NCBI GenBank assembly: GCA_965649115.1
Contig: CBFGJN010000058.1
Location: forward strand, 1-11,961
Direction of reading: 5' to 3'
Source of the DNA: a candidate division WOR-3 bacterium
GTDB lineage: Bacteria; Hydrothermota; Hydrothermia; LBFQ01; DSFT01
Length of the DNA stretch: 11,961 nucleotides
Shown here: positions 1-8,168 of the stretch, piece after piece
Layout of the letters: each line of letters opens with the position of its first letter
Position numbering within the stretch: position 1 is the stretch's first letter
Notes under the pieces: generated by a model
The model's database searches: none
Seen by the model: only the letters and a program-made list of their open reading frames with translations
Told to the model about the DNA's origin: nothing
Position numbers and translations under genes: made by a program

Positions 1-143
1 CCACCCTAATAATAAGCCTTCGGCTTATAAATGCCCATTTTTCGGTCTAGGGGGGCTTTGTCCCCCATAAAATTTTTAATTTCCTTAAAATTTTTGTAAG
101 TTATTGATAATCAAGGACTTAACACTATTTACTAGACAAAGCA
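1..143 (+). mobile_element. MITE-like element copy A (left end outside window)
   Basis: Hairpin ATAAGCC-TTC-GGCTTAT 12-28; GGGGGGC-TTT-GTCCCCC 50-66; double IHF-like site 97-121; right TIR TTACTAGACAAAGCA ending 143. Confidence 0.85.
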
Positions 144-159
144 ATTTAAAATTGTCGTG

Positions 160-341
160 TGCTGTGTCTAGTAATTTTGAAAAAAATATATATTTTATTA
201 TATTTTTCCCTCTCACCCTGAAAATAAGGCTTCGCCTTAAAAACTTTGCCCCTAAAATCTCCCCATTAAATCAATAGTTTCATTAAAGATTTTACAAGTC
301 ATTGATAATCAATTACTTAACATTATTTACTGGACAAAGCA
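160..341 (+). mobile_element. MITE-like element copy B (182 bp)
   Basis: Left TIR TGCTGTGTCTAGTAA at 160; right TIR TTACTGGACAAAGCA ending 341; hairpin TAAGGC-TTC-GCCTTA 225-239; IHF-like pair 295-319. Confidence 0.88.
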
Positions 342-350
342 ATGGTTTAT

Positions 351-512
351 TGGTGTGTATAGTAATTCTGAAAATAATTATTTTTCTTTATTTGCTCACC
401 TGCTCTAAAATCAAGCCTTCGTCTTATAAATACTCCATCTTTTGCTATGGGGGAATTTGTATCTAATAATTTTTCCCTCCATAAAATCCCCCCAATTTAC
501 TAGACCAAAGCA
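351..512 (+). mobile_element. MITE-like element copy C (short, degenerate, no IHF module)
   Basis: Left TIR variant TGGTGTGTATAGTAA 9 nt after copy B; right TIR TTACTAGACCAAAGCA; flanks ATGGTTTAT / ATTGTTTAA (7/9 identical). Confidence 0.8.
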
Positions 513-529
513 ATTGTTTAACAATTTAT

Positions 530-1321
530 CTAATCACTAACCAAAATAAAACCAATACCTAAATTTTTCAATTTGTTCTTTATTTTATTTGAAATCTCCT
601 TTCCAATTAAAATTGGTATAACCTTTCTCTTATAAACTTTCTGTAAAATTTCTCTCCTTCTCATAACTCTTTCAATATCATAATCTCCAATTTTATATGA
701 AATCTCAATAGCAACATATACTTCCTCTCTCGTGCTTTTTAACATACCACTAATAATTAAATCTAATTCACTAACATCCTCCTCCTCTTCTTCACTAATT
801 ACTTTTTCTTCAACATATTTGTCTAATTCATCAAATAATTCACTTTTTTCTTTTATCTTACATTTTCTAAGTCCAATATGCCTTCCTAAATATGAGCATA
901 TGTTTAAGAAAACTTTATGTTCTAATTGCCAACCTTTCAATTCTTGTATGCTCTTTTCATGGCTTTTTAGTATTTCTTCCATCCTATCTTGTCTCTGTTT
1001 TATCTCATCTTGCCCCTTCTCCAATAATTCAAATCTTTTATTTACTTCATTTTTGAATTCTTCAAACCTTCTATCTGCCTCTTCAAATCTTCTATTTACT
1101 TCACTTCTAAATTCCTCAAACCTTCTATCTGATTCATCAAATCTTTTATCTATTTCATCAAATCTTCTATTTACTTCACTTCTAAATTCTTCAAACTTAA
1201 TAGGTAATTCTAATAACTCTTTTGTTAAAATTAACATTCTCAACTTTTCAAGATAGTCTGGTCTTTCTCTTAATAAATTTAGCAAATCTTCAAATTCTTT
1301 TATAATGTATTCTTTTTCCAT
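530..1321 (-). CDS. Hypothetical protein: N-terminal repetitive coiled coil plus C-terminal PD-(D/E)XK nuclease-like domain
   Basis: 263 aa. FEEFRSEVNRRF / FDExDRR coiled-coil repeats; C-terminal ELDLIISG...VYVAIEISYKIGDYDIERVMRR pattern typical of this nuclease-like fold. Family assignment is by motif recognition only. Confidence 0.7.
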   Translation of the reverse strand: MEKEYIIKEFEDLLNLLRERPDYLEKLRMLILTKELLELPIKFEEFRSEVNRRFDEIDKRFDESDRRFEEFRSEVNRRFEEADRRFEEFKNEVNKRFELLEKGQDEIKQRQDRMEEILKSHEKSIQELKGWQLEHKVFLNICSYLGRHIGLRKCKIKEKSELFDELDKYVEEKVISEEEEEDVSELDLIISGMLKSTREEVYVAIEISYKIGDYDIERVMRRREILQKVYKRKVIPILIGKEISNKIKNKLKNLGIGFILVSD

Positions 1322-1330
1322 AGTTTTAAA

Positions 1331-1336
1331 AGTTTA
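1331..1336 (-). promoter_or_regulatory. Putative -10 box (TAAACT), 9 nt before ATG 1321, no SD
   Basis: Minus strand reads CCTT-TAAACT-TTTAAAACT-ATG; same context as at 7042, 8396 and 11265. Confidence 0.45.
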
Positions 1337-1344
1337 AAGGTTAA

Positions 1345-1486
1345 ATTATTTTTATTTGTTTCATTATGTTCTGCCCACCCGCCCTGAAAATAAAACCATC
1401 TTTTGCCTTGTGGAATCAAAAATTTTCTTAAAACTTCTATAAGTCTTTGATAATCAACAACTTAACAATAATTATTGGATAAAGCG
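1345..1486 (+). mobile_element. MITE-like element copy D (left end eroded, start approximate)
   Basis: GCCCACCCGCCCTGAAAATAA core; IHF-like pair 1440-1464; right TIR TTATTGGATAAAGCG ending 1486. Confidence 0.75.
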
Positions 1487-1495
1487 ATTTAAAAT

Positions 1496-1641
1496 TACTT
1501 TGTCCAATAATAAAGGCTACGCCTTTAAAATTCCCATATTTCGGCAAGGGGGCAATAAACCCCCCATAAAAACTATAATTTTCTTAAATTTTTGTAAGTT
1601 GTTGATAATCAATAATTTAACACTATTTATTGGACAAGGCA
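1496..1641 (+). mobile_element. MITE-like element copy E (internal deletion after left TIR)
   Basis: Left TIR TACTTTGTCCAATAA 9 nt after D; hairpin TAAAGGC-TAC-GCCTTTA 1511-1527; IHF-like pair 1595-1619; right TIR TTATTGGACAAGGCA. Confidence 0.82.
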
Positions 1642-1650
1642 ATTGGAAGC

Positions 1651-1765
1651 TTAAATCAGTAATTTCAGCAATTTTTCATAATTTGCCAACCCACTCTGAA
1701 ATTAAGTCTTTGACTTTAAAATACCCATTCATAAGCTTTGGGGAAATTTGCCCACATTAAACAAC
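1651..1765 (+). mobile_element. MITE-like element copy F (degenerate fragment, ends approximate)
   Basis: CAGTAATTTC, GCCAACCCACTCTGAA, hairpin AAGTC-TTT-GACTT 1704-1716, ATACCCAT and TGGGGAAATTTGCCCAC are colinear with the consensus. Confidence 0.65.
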
Positions 1766-1825
1766 CTTTAAAATTTAATAACTATTATATTTTTCCTTAC
1801 TTACTTTGAATTTAGGGCGGATAAT

Positions 1826-2647
1826 ATGGAAATAGAATATTCTGATAAGGGTTATATTTACAAGCTAAAAGGGAATGTTTTTTTGAAAACAGACAATTAT
1901 GAAATTTACTCAAATAAAGGGGTATATTATGAAGGTGATGGTATTTCAGAGCTTGAAGGTAATGTTTTAGTAAAAGGTAAAAATTACATTACAACATCTC
2001 ATTATTTAAAACATATTCAAAAAAATGATGAAATTTATTTAAAAGGAAATGTTTATCTTGAAGATAGTTTGAGAATTATAAAAGCAAATGAAATTCATGT
2101 AAAAAATAATTTTTCAAGGGCAAAAAATAATGTTCATATTTACTTAAAAGATAAAAAAATTATTTGTGAGGGAGATAGTGGGAATTACGATTTGAATAAA
2201 AAGGAAGGTGTTATTTTTAATGTGAAGTACATAAACATAATTAGGGATAGTGATACAGTTGACATTAGAACCAAAATTGTTTTTGTTTTTAAAGAAAATT
2301 TAAAACTCAAACCATTAATAAGCCTTAAAACGAGGAAAGAATTTGCAAAAGGTGATAGCTTAATATATGAAACATTAGAAGATTCAACTGAAAAAATTAC
2401 AATTTACAATAATGCTTTTATATCTTGGGAAAATGGTAATGGAAACTCTGATACAATTATTATTTATTATAAAAATTCAAGAATTGAAAATGCCCAATTT
2501 ATAAATAATGCTTATGTCCAAACAAAGAATAACGAAGATATAATATCAGTAAAATCAAATTTGGTAAATGTTGAATTTTCTGAAAGTAAAGTTAAAAAAG
2601 TTATTTGTTATGATTTAATTGAAGGGGTAAGTGAAAAATGGAAGTAA
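1826..2647 (+). CDS. LptA/OstA (LptD N-terminal-like) beta-jellyroll family protein; true start may be upstream
   Basis: Repeated L(K/E)GNV motifs (LKGNVFL, LEGNVLV, LKGNVYL) and GDS/SDT turns typical of OstA/LptA; overlaps the der start. Confidence 0.65.
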   Translation: MEIEYSDKGYIYKLKGNVFLKTDNYEIYSNKGVYYEGDGISELEGNVLVKGKNYITTSHYLKHIQKNDEIYLKGNVYLEDSLRIIKANEIHVKNNFSRAKNNVHIYLKDKKIICEGDSGNYDLNKKEGVIFNVKYINIIRDSDTVDIRTKIVFVFKENLKLKPLISLKTRKEFAKGDSLIYETLEDSTEKITIYNNAFISWENGNGNSDTIIIYYKNSRIENAQFINNAYVQTKNNEDIISVKSNLVNVEFSESKVKKVICYDLIEGVSEKWK

Positions 2648-3930
2648 AAAAAAGACTGCCAAGAATTGTAATTGTCGGAAGAGCAAATGTTGGAAAATCA
2701 ACATTATTTAATAAACTCATTGAGAAACCATTTTCTATTGTAAAAAACGAGCCAGCTATCACAAGAGATAGAATTACAAAAATTGGATATTGGCTTGATT
2801 GGAGTTTCTATTTAACAGATACAGGAGGATTATTAGACAAAAAAGAAATGGAAATTCTATATGATAAAGTTTTAGAAAGTATTAAAAAAGCTATTGAAAA
2901 AGCTGATGTTATCATATTTCTTACTGATGGAACTACTGAACCAATGCCTATGGATTATGAAATCGCTAATGTTTTAAGAAATTATAATAAAAAGGTTTTT
3001 TTAGCAGTTAATAAATGCGATAGAAGTGATTTTTCATATTTAGAGTACTATAAACTTGGATTTGATAAAGTTTATCCAATATCAGCAGAACATAAAATTG
3101 GATTAAATGAATTATTTGAGGATATCTTTGATTATCTTAAAATTGAAGGTTTTGAACCTATAAAAAGATACAAGAAATTAAAAGATAAACCAAGAGTAGG
3201 AATTATAGGCAAAGTAAATGTTGGAAAATCATCATTATTAAATGCTCTTGTTGGAGATGAAATTGCTATTGTATCTGATATTCCTGGAACAACAAGAGAT
3301 TCAATAGATGTTGAAACAAAAGAATTCATATTTGTTGATACTGCTGGACTTAAAAGAGAATTTAAAGATGATATTGAATATTATGCTTATGTTAGGACTT
3401 CAAGAAGTATTCATTATTCAGAAGTTTTATTAGCTGTATTAGATGCATCTCAAAAAATTACAAGAATGGATAAGAAAGTTGTAGGAATTGCTCAAAAGGA
3501 ATATAAAGCACTTATAGTTGTTTTAAATAAATGCGACTTAATAAAGAAAAAAGATAGAAAAAAAGTTTTTGATTATTTCAAAAAGGAACTTGAATTTGCT
3601 GATTGGGCTCCTTTTCTATTCGTTTCAGCCAAAACTGGCGAAAATTTAGATATTCTAAAACAAACGATAAAAGAAGTTTATAAACAATATAATAAACAAT
3701 TGAGAAAAGATGAATTGCTTGATACATTATCAGAAGCTTTTGAGTTAAATAAACCTCCCTCAAGAATTTATGAAATTAAACAAGTTGGACATAAACCTCC
3801 AACATTTAAATTTGTTCTTGATAAAGAATTCAAAAGCCATTATGTTAAATATATTGAAAGTGCTTTAAGAAAAAAATTCGGTTTTTATGGAAGTCCAATA
3901 AAAATTATAATGGAAAGAAAAAAACAATGA
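2638..3930 (+). CDS. der: Ribosome biogenesis GTPase Der (EngA)
   Basis: Two GTPase domains: GRANVGKS/TRD/DTGG/NKCD and GKVNVGKS/GTTRD/DTAG/NKCD; C-terminal LRKKFGFYGSPI. Confidence 0.96.
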   Translation: MEVKKRLPRIVIVGRANVGKSTLFNKLIEKPFSIVKNEPAITRDRITKIGYWLDWSFYLTDTGGLLDKKEMEILYDKVLESIKKAIEKADVIIFLTDGTTEPMPMDYEIANVLRNYNKKVFLAVNKCDRSDFSYLEYYKLGFDKVYPISAEHKIGLNELFEDIFDYLKIEGFEPIKRYKKLKDKPRVGIIGKVNVGKSSLLNALVGDEIAIVSDIPGTTRDSIDVETKEFIFVDTAGLKREFKDDIEYYAYVRTSRSIHYSEVLLAVLDASQKITRMDKKVVGIAQKEYKALIVVLNKCDLIKKKDRKKVFDYFKKELEFADWAPFLFVSAKTGENLDILKQTIKEVYKQYNKQLRKDELLDTLSEAFELNKPPSRIYEIKQVGHKPPTFKFVLDKEFKSHYVKYIESALRKKFGFYGSPIKIIMERKKQ

Positions 3931-4562
3931 ATGGATGGATATTTAAAGATGGATTTTATGTTTTTGAAGGAGAATTCTTTATAATCAAGGTTTCTACAAA
4001 ATTAATAGATGAAGAAACAATAACTTGTGATGTATGGTTAAATCAAATTCATTCGGATAAAATCTACATTATTGATGATATTAAAAATTTACCAAAAGGC
4101 AACTTAGATGGTGATGGAATAATTTTAAAATTGAAAAATGTAAAGTCAAGAATAAGAACTGCTGATTGTTATCCTACTATATTAATTGATAAAAAAAATC
4201 AAATTGGTGCCATTTTACATATTGGTTGGAGGGGTTCATATTTAAGGATTTTAGAAAAATGCATAAGAATTTTCCATGATTATTTTAATTCAAAAGATAT
4301 AATGGCAATTTTTGGTCCTGGTATTTGCTCAAAGTGTTATGAAGTAAAGGAAAATTTATTTAATTACTTTCCAAAAGAGTACTTTTATTTCAAAGATGAA
4401 AAAATTTTTTTTGATATTTTAACTTTCAATATAGATATTCTCAAAAGATTTGGCATTAATGAAATTATTTATCCACCATCTTGTTCTTTTGAAAACCCTA
4501 TTCTTTATTCACATAGAAGAAATGAAAAAAGTAGAATTTTTACAATTTTTGAGATGTTTTAG
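3927..4562 (+). CDS. PgeF/YfiH-family (polyphenol oxidase/laccase-domain) protein
   Basis: LNQIHS, TADC, HIGWRG, GPGICSKCYEV and YSHRR motifs; ATGA overlap with the der stop. Confidence 0.9.
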   Translation: MNGWIFKDGFYVFEGEFFIIKVSTKLIDEETITCDVWLNQIHSDKIYIIDDIKNLPKGNLDGDGIILKLKNVKSRIRTADCYPTILIDKKNQIGAILHIGWRGSYLRILEKCIRIFHDYFNSKDIMAIFGPGICSKCYEVKENLFNYFPKEYFYFKDEKIFFDILTFNIDILKRFGINEIIYPPSCSFENPILYSHRRNEKSRIFTIFEMF

Positions 4563-4572
4563 ATAAATCTCT

Positions 4573-4693
4573 TCCTTTGTCAGAATAGTTGCTTGATTTA
4601 ATGTGGGGATTTTATTGGGGGATTAAAAGCATAAAAATGGGCATTTATAAGCCAAAGGCTTATATTTAGGGTGGGTGGAAAAAAGACAAAGCA
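4573..4693 (-). mobile_element. MITE-like element copy G (short, inverted), between convergent genes
   Basis: Minus strand begins TGCTTTGTC...CCACCCACCCTAAATATAAGCC-TTT-GGCTTATAAATGCCCAT; degenerate far TIR TCCTTTGTCAGAATA at 4573. Confidence 0.8.
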
Positions 4694-4713
4694 ATAATTT
4701 TAAATTTTTTTTC

Positions 4714-5307
4714 TTATGGACTAAATGGTTGTCTTGATAAAATTGCTTTTTGTAAAGTGATACTATCAGCATAAATAATTTCATAACCTGTTGGAATACC
4801 TCTTGCTATTTGCGTTATATTTACTTTTAAGTCTTTTATTTTTTCATAAATATAATAGCTTGTTGCATCTCCTTCAACACTTGGACTCAAACCAATTATC
4901 ACTTCTGAAATATCCTCTTCCAAAATTCTACTTTTTAAATCATCAATAAATAAGTTATTTGGTTCAATTCCCTCAAGCGGAGAAATTAAACCTCCAATAA
5001 CATGATATTTCCCATTATAAACCCCAAGTCTTTCAATATGAAACATATCATATGGACTTTCAACAACCATAATAACTTTATCTCTTTGAATATCTGAACA
5101 TATATCACAAATTTCTTTCTCGGATATTGTATGACATTTTGAGCATAGTTTTAATTCTTTTACTTCATTCAAAGAATTCATTAAATCTTCTAGAATTTTT
5201 TTGTTTTTTACAATTGTAAAAGCACTTTTTTCAGCAGTTTTTTCACCAATACCTGGAAGTTTTTTTAAATTTTCAATAAGTTTTAAAAAAGACTTTGGAA
5301 ATTTCAT
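4714..5307 (-). CDS. recR: Recombination mediator RecR
   Basis: LPGIGEKTAEK HhH, CxxC...CxxC zinc finger, YHVIGGLISP, EGDAT, IARGIP. Confidence 0.97.
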   Translation of the reverse strand: MKFPKSFLKLIENLKKLPGIGEKTAEKSAFTIVKNKKILEDLMNSLNEVKELKLCSKCHTISEKEICDICSDIQRDKVIMVVESPYDMFHIERLGVYNGKYHVIGGLISPLEGIEPNNLFIDDLKSRILEEDISEVIIGLSPSVEGDATSYYIYEKIKDLKVNITQIARGIPTGYEIIYADSITLQKAILSRQPFSP

Positions 5308-5618
5308 ATACCAAGTTGTTTTCTAACTTCTGGTGGTAAATCTTTTAATAATTCCTGCATCTTTTGTAATGATTGTTGTTGAGCTTTCTTTTGAGCATTA
5401 TTTATTAAATTAACAATAGTTTTTTCAATTTTTTTAATATCTTGTGATTTAAATATATCCTCACTTAATTTTATATCAATTACCTCACCAGCACCATTTA
5501 CAATAACCTTTATTTTACCATCCATTCCACTCTCCTCTATCCTTATATTTTTAAGTTCCTTTTGCATTTTGTCTATTTTAGCCTTCGCTTCCATAATCTG
5601 CTTTAAGTTCCCAAACAT
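5304..5618 (-). CDS. ybaB: YbaB/EbfC nucleoid-associated protein (start revised from TTG 5624 to ATG 5618)
   Basis: KMQKEL...GKIKVIVNGAGEVIDIKL pattern; conserved adjacency to recR; AGGAGG lies 6 nt upstream of ATG 5618 but abuts TTG 5624. Confidence 0.9.
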   Translation of the reverse strand: MFGNLKQIMEAKAKIDKMQKELKNIRIEESGMDGKIKVIVNGAGEVIDIKLSEDIFKSQDIKKIEKTIVNLINNAQKKAQQQSLQKMQELLKDLPPEVRKQLGI

Positions 5619-5624
5619 TTTCAA

Positions 5625-5630
5625 CCTCCT
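5625..5630 (-). promoter_or_regulatory. Shine-Dalgarno AGGAGG for ybaB
   Basis: Minus strand AGGAGG-TTGAAA-ATG. Confidence 0.75.
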
Positions 5631-6705
5631 ATATTTTTATTATATCTTTTGTTATACTCGTTAAATTTACAACTTCATTTTTCTCCTTATCAAGATAAAC
5701 AGTGTCCTCTATTCTTATTCCAAATTCGCTTTCAATATAAACACCAGGTTCAATTGTAAAAACTTCATTTCCTTTTAATATCCATTCATCTGCTTTTTGA
5801 CTAAAAGCAGGTAATTCATGAACATCAATTCCAATAGAATGACCAAGTGCATGACCAAAATAATTATCATCATAACCAAAGGACTTTAAATAATCCCTTG
5901 CTATTGAATCAACCTCTTTATTTTTTATTCCAATTTTTGTTTTTTCTTCTACTAAATCTACTGCTTTTTTAACAATTTCATAAACTTTTAAAAATTCTTC
6001 ATTTATACTTGAACCTATCCAAATCGTTCTTGTAATATCACAACAATATCCATCATAAACTAAACCAAAATCTATTAGAAGTGGTTTATTATTTAAAATT
6101 TTTTGATTTGATGGTCTTCCATGTGGCATAGCACTTCTATGAGATGTTAAAACAATTGTTTCAAATGCCATTTTCTCAACATTATATTTCTTTTTTGCTA
6201 TATATTCCATCTCTATTGCTAAATCTCTTTCAGTCATTTTTTCAGGTTCTATAATGTTTAAAATTTCTTCAAAGATATTTTTAGCAATATCACAAGCCTT
6301 CTTAATTTTATTAATTTCTTCATAGCTCTTAATAGCTCTTAAATTCTCAATTATATTGTTAGTGGGAATAAATTCAATATCCCTAAATTTTTCTTTAAAA
6401 CTATTAAGTGTGCTTATTGTAAAATATTTTCCTTCAATAGCTAATTTTTTTATTGGTTTTAAAAGTTCTTCCATGGTTTTGAAATAATCATTATAAATAA
6501 TAATTTCATATTTGGTTTTGTCAATTTTTTCATTAGCGTAAATTTTATACCTAAAATCAGTAATAAAATAATTTTTCTCTTTGGTTATTAAAATTTGGGC
6601 AAATGAACCAGAAAAGCTTGAAAGGTACTTTATATTTGATAAATTTGTAATAAAAAGCCCATCTAAATTATTTTCAGTTAAATAATTACGAAGGTAAGAT
6701 AGCAT
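5629..6705 (-). CDS. Xaa-Pro aminopeptidase/dipeptidase, M24B family
   Basis: Creatinase-like N-terminal domain (TDFRY); metal-ligand motifs IDFG, CDITRT, HALGHSIGIDVHE, TIEPG, RIED. Confidence 0.94.
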   Translation of the reverse strand: MLSYLRNYLTENNLDGLFITNLSNIKYLSSFSGSFAQILITKEKNYFITDFRYKIYANEKIDKTKYEIIIYNDYFKTMEELLKPIKKLAIEGKYFTISTLNSFKEKFRDIEFIPTNNIIENLRAIKSYEEINKIKKACDIAKNIFEEILNIIEPEKMTERDLAIEMEYIAKKKYNVEKMAFETIVLTSHRSAMPHGRPSNQKILNNKPLLIDFGLVYDGYCCDITRTIWIGSSINEEFLKVYEIVKKAVDLVEEKTKIGIKNKEVDSIARDYLKSFGYDDNYFGHALGHSIGIDVHELPAFSQKADEWILKGNEVFTIEPGVYIESEFGIRIEDTVYLDKEKNEVVNLTSITKDIIKI

Positions 6706-7033
6706 TTATCTTCGGTAAAACAATTTCAGGCTTTAATCTTGGATCTTTTTTCCATTCTTCTCTCAAAATTTTTAAAACATTTAAACGAACTTCAATTGGA
6801 TAATTGCTAATAATTGGTTCAATATGTTTTTTCCACAATTCAACACCTCTTTTATATGCCCAACCTCTTATGTTCGTTGGATGTTTTATTAAGAATGTTT
6901 TAGCAATTTCAAGAGCTTTTTCAGTTTCACCTGCTAGCAGAAGTTCAGCAATTTTAGATTCTACTTTATAACTTTTCTTTTTTAACTTTAATTTTTGTTG
7001 TTTTTTAATTTGATACTGCTTCCATCTGCTCAT
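6686..7033 (-). CDS. Hypothetical basic protein
   Basis: 115 aa; ATG start with an upstream -10-like box; overlaps the peptidase start by 20 nt; no recognised family. Confidence 0.7.
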   Translation of the reverse strand: MSRWKQYQIKKQQKLKLKKKSYKVESKIAELLLAGETEKALEIAKTFLIKHPTNIRGWAYKRGVELWKKHIEPIISNYPIEVRLNVLKILREEWKKDPRLKPEIVLPKINAILPS

Positions 7034-7041
7034 ATCCGAAA

Positions 7042-7047
7042 ATTTTA
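7042..7047 (-). promoter_or_regulatory. Putative -10 box (TAAAAT), 8 nt before ATG 7033
   Basis: Minus strand CTT-TAAAAT-TTTCGGAT-ATG. Confidence 0.55.
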
Positions 7048-7069
7048 AAGCATAACTATTTAATCAAAT

Positions 7070-7273
7070 TGCTGTGTCTAGTAATTCTGAAATATAGATT
7101 ATTTCTATATTTTCCCACCCACCCTGAAAATAAGGCTTCGCCTTTAAAGTACCCATATTTCGGCTATGGGGGGCTTTGCCCCCCATTAAAACCCCCCTTT
7201 AATAAATAATTCCAATAAAATCTTTATAAGTTATTGATAATCAATAACCTAACACTATTTACTGGACAAAGCA
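7070..7273 (+). mobile_element. MITE-like element copy H (full length, 204 bp) with perfect 9-bp flanking direct repeats
   Basis: TIRs TGCTGTGTCTAGTAA / TTACTGGACAAAGCA; TAATCAAAT at 7061-7069 and 7274-7282; hairpins 7132-7144 and 7166-7186; IHF-like pair 7227-7251. Confidence 0.92.
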
Positions 7274-7282
7274 TAATCAAAT

Positions 7283-7426
7283 TGCTGTGTCCAGAAATTC
7301 TAAAAATATAATTATTTCTATATTTCCCTCACCTACCCTAAATTCAAGCCTTTTGCTTTAAAATGCCAATTTTTCGGCTGCGGGGGCTCCGTCCCCCTAT
7401 AATTCTCCCATTAATTGAACAAAGCA
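7283..7426 (+). mobile_element. MITE-like element copy I (short, 144 bp) with the same 9-bp repeats
   Basis: TIRs TGCTGTGTCCAGAAA / TAATTGAACAAAGCA; TAATCAAAT at 7274-7282 and 7427-7435; lacks the IHF module. Confidence 0.88.
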
Positions 7427-7481
7427 TAATCAAATTTTTCGGTGTTGGAAGCTTTAATTTCAGACCCACTCCCACCTGACT

Positions 7482-8168
7482 TTAAAAATTATAAATTTTT
7501 AATGCCAAATTTTTAAAAAATTCTATAACTTCATTTATTTCAATAGGTTTTATCATATTTAGAGGGATAAAATTTAATTTTTCTAAAATTTCAATTCTTT
7601 CCTCTATTTCAAATGCAACGCTTGGAGGGTCATCAAATAATTTTTCCTTCCTTCTTGAAAGTTCATAAATTTCATCAAAGTTAAAATTGAAGTTTTTAAA
7701 AATAAAATAAAAATCAATCAAATCTCTAATTTCAAATCTTGAAACAATAGCACAAAGTTTATTGCTTGCTATATTTTCAAGACAATCAACTTTTAGTGTT
7801 CTATCATTCTCAAATTTAAAAACCTTCCTTTCACAATCTATTGAAAGTCTATCTATTACAAAATCAACTTTTATACCAAGAATTTCATAAGATAAATAAA
7901 ATTCTGATATTGATTTTATGCTTACATTATAAGAAAATTTGAACTTTATCCAAAAACTTAAATCATTTAAATTAACATCTGAAATTGTAAAAAAATCTAA
8001 ATCTTCTGAAATTCTATGTCCTAAATAAAAAACTGAAAGAGCGGTTCCTCCAGTTAGAAAAAATTCATTTTTTATAGTTTCATTTTCAAGTAAACTTATT
8101 AACAAATTTCTTTGACTATCTGATTTGTAAGCACTTTTTATTTCTTTAACTGGATAATTCTTTTCCAT
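7482..8168 (-). CDS. AbiEii/AbiGii-family nucleotidyltransferase toxin (type IV TA-like)
   Basis: FFLTGGTAL...HRISEDLDFF signature; downstream NKL...R...RDLID motif. Confidence 0.9.
   Translation of the reverse strand: MEKNYPVKEIKSAYKSDSQRNLLISLLENETIKNEFFLTGGTALSVFYLGHRISEDLDFFTISDVNLNDLSFWIKFKFSYNVSIKSISEFYLSYEILGIKVDFVIDRLSIDCERKVFKFENDRTLKVDCLENIASNKLCAIVSRFEIRDLIDFYFIFKNFNFNFDEIYELSRRKEKLFDDPPSVAFEIEERIEILEKLNFIPLNMIKPIEINEVIEFFKNLALKIYNF

Noticed and set aside
732..1256. 174-aa plus-strand ORF
   Set aside because: Ser/Asn/Leu-rich antisense shadow of the repetitive 530-1321 gene.
1500..1760. 86-aa ORF
   Set aside because: TTG start inside a TIR; spans repeat copies E and F; no recognisable protein features.
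3132..3763. Two short minus-strand ORFs (3132-3329, 3578-3763)
   Set aside because: Antisense within der.
7227..7251. Fur box reading of TTGATAATCAA
   Set aside because: Only partial resemblance. The conservation pattern fits two WATCAANNNNTTR sites better, and the position is fixed relative to the TIR rather than to genes. Not formally excluded.
7061..7435. CRISPR array
   Set aside because: The constant part is only 9 bp and the long units are homologous to each other; no cas genes. The analogy is mechanistic only.
7436..7481. Additional element remnant; TTGGAAGCTT shared with 1643-1652
   Set aside because: Too short and degenerate to call as a feature.
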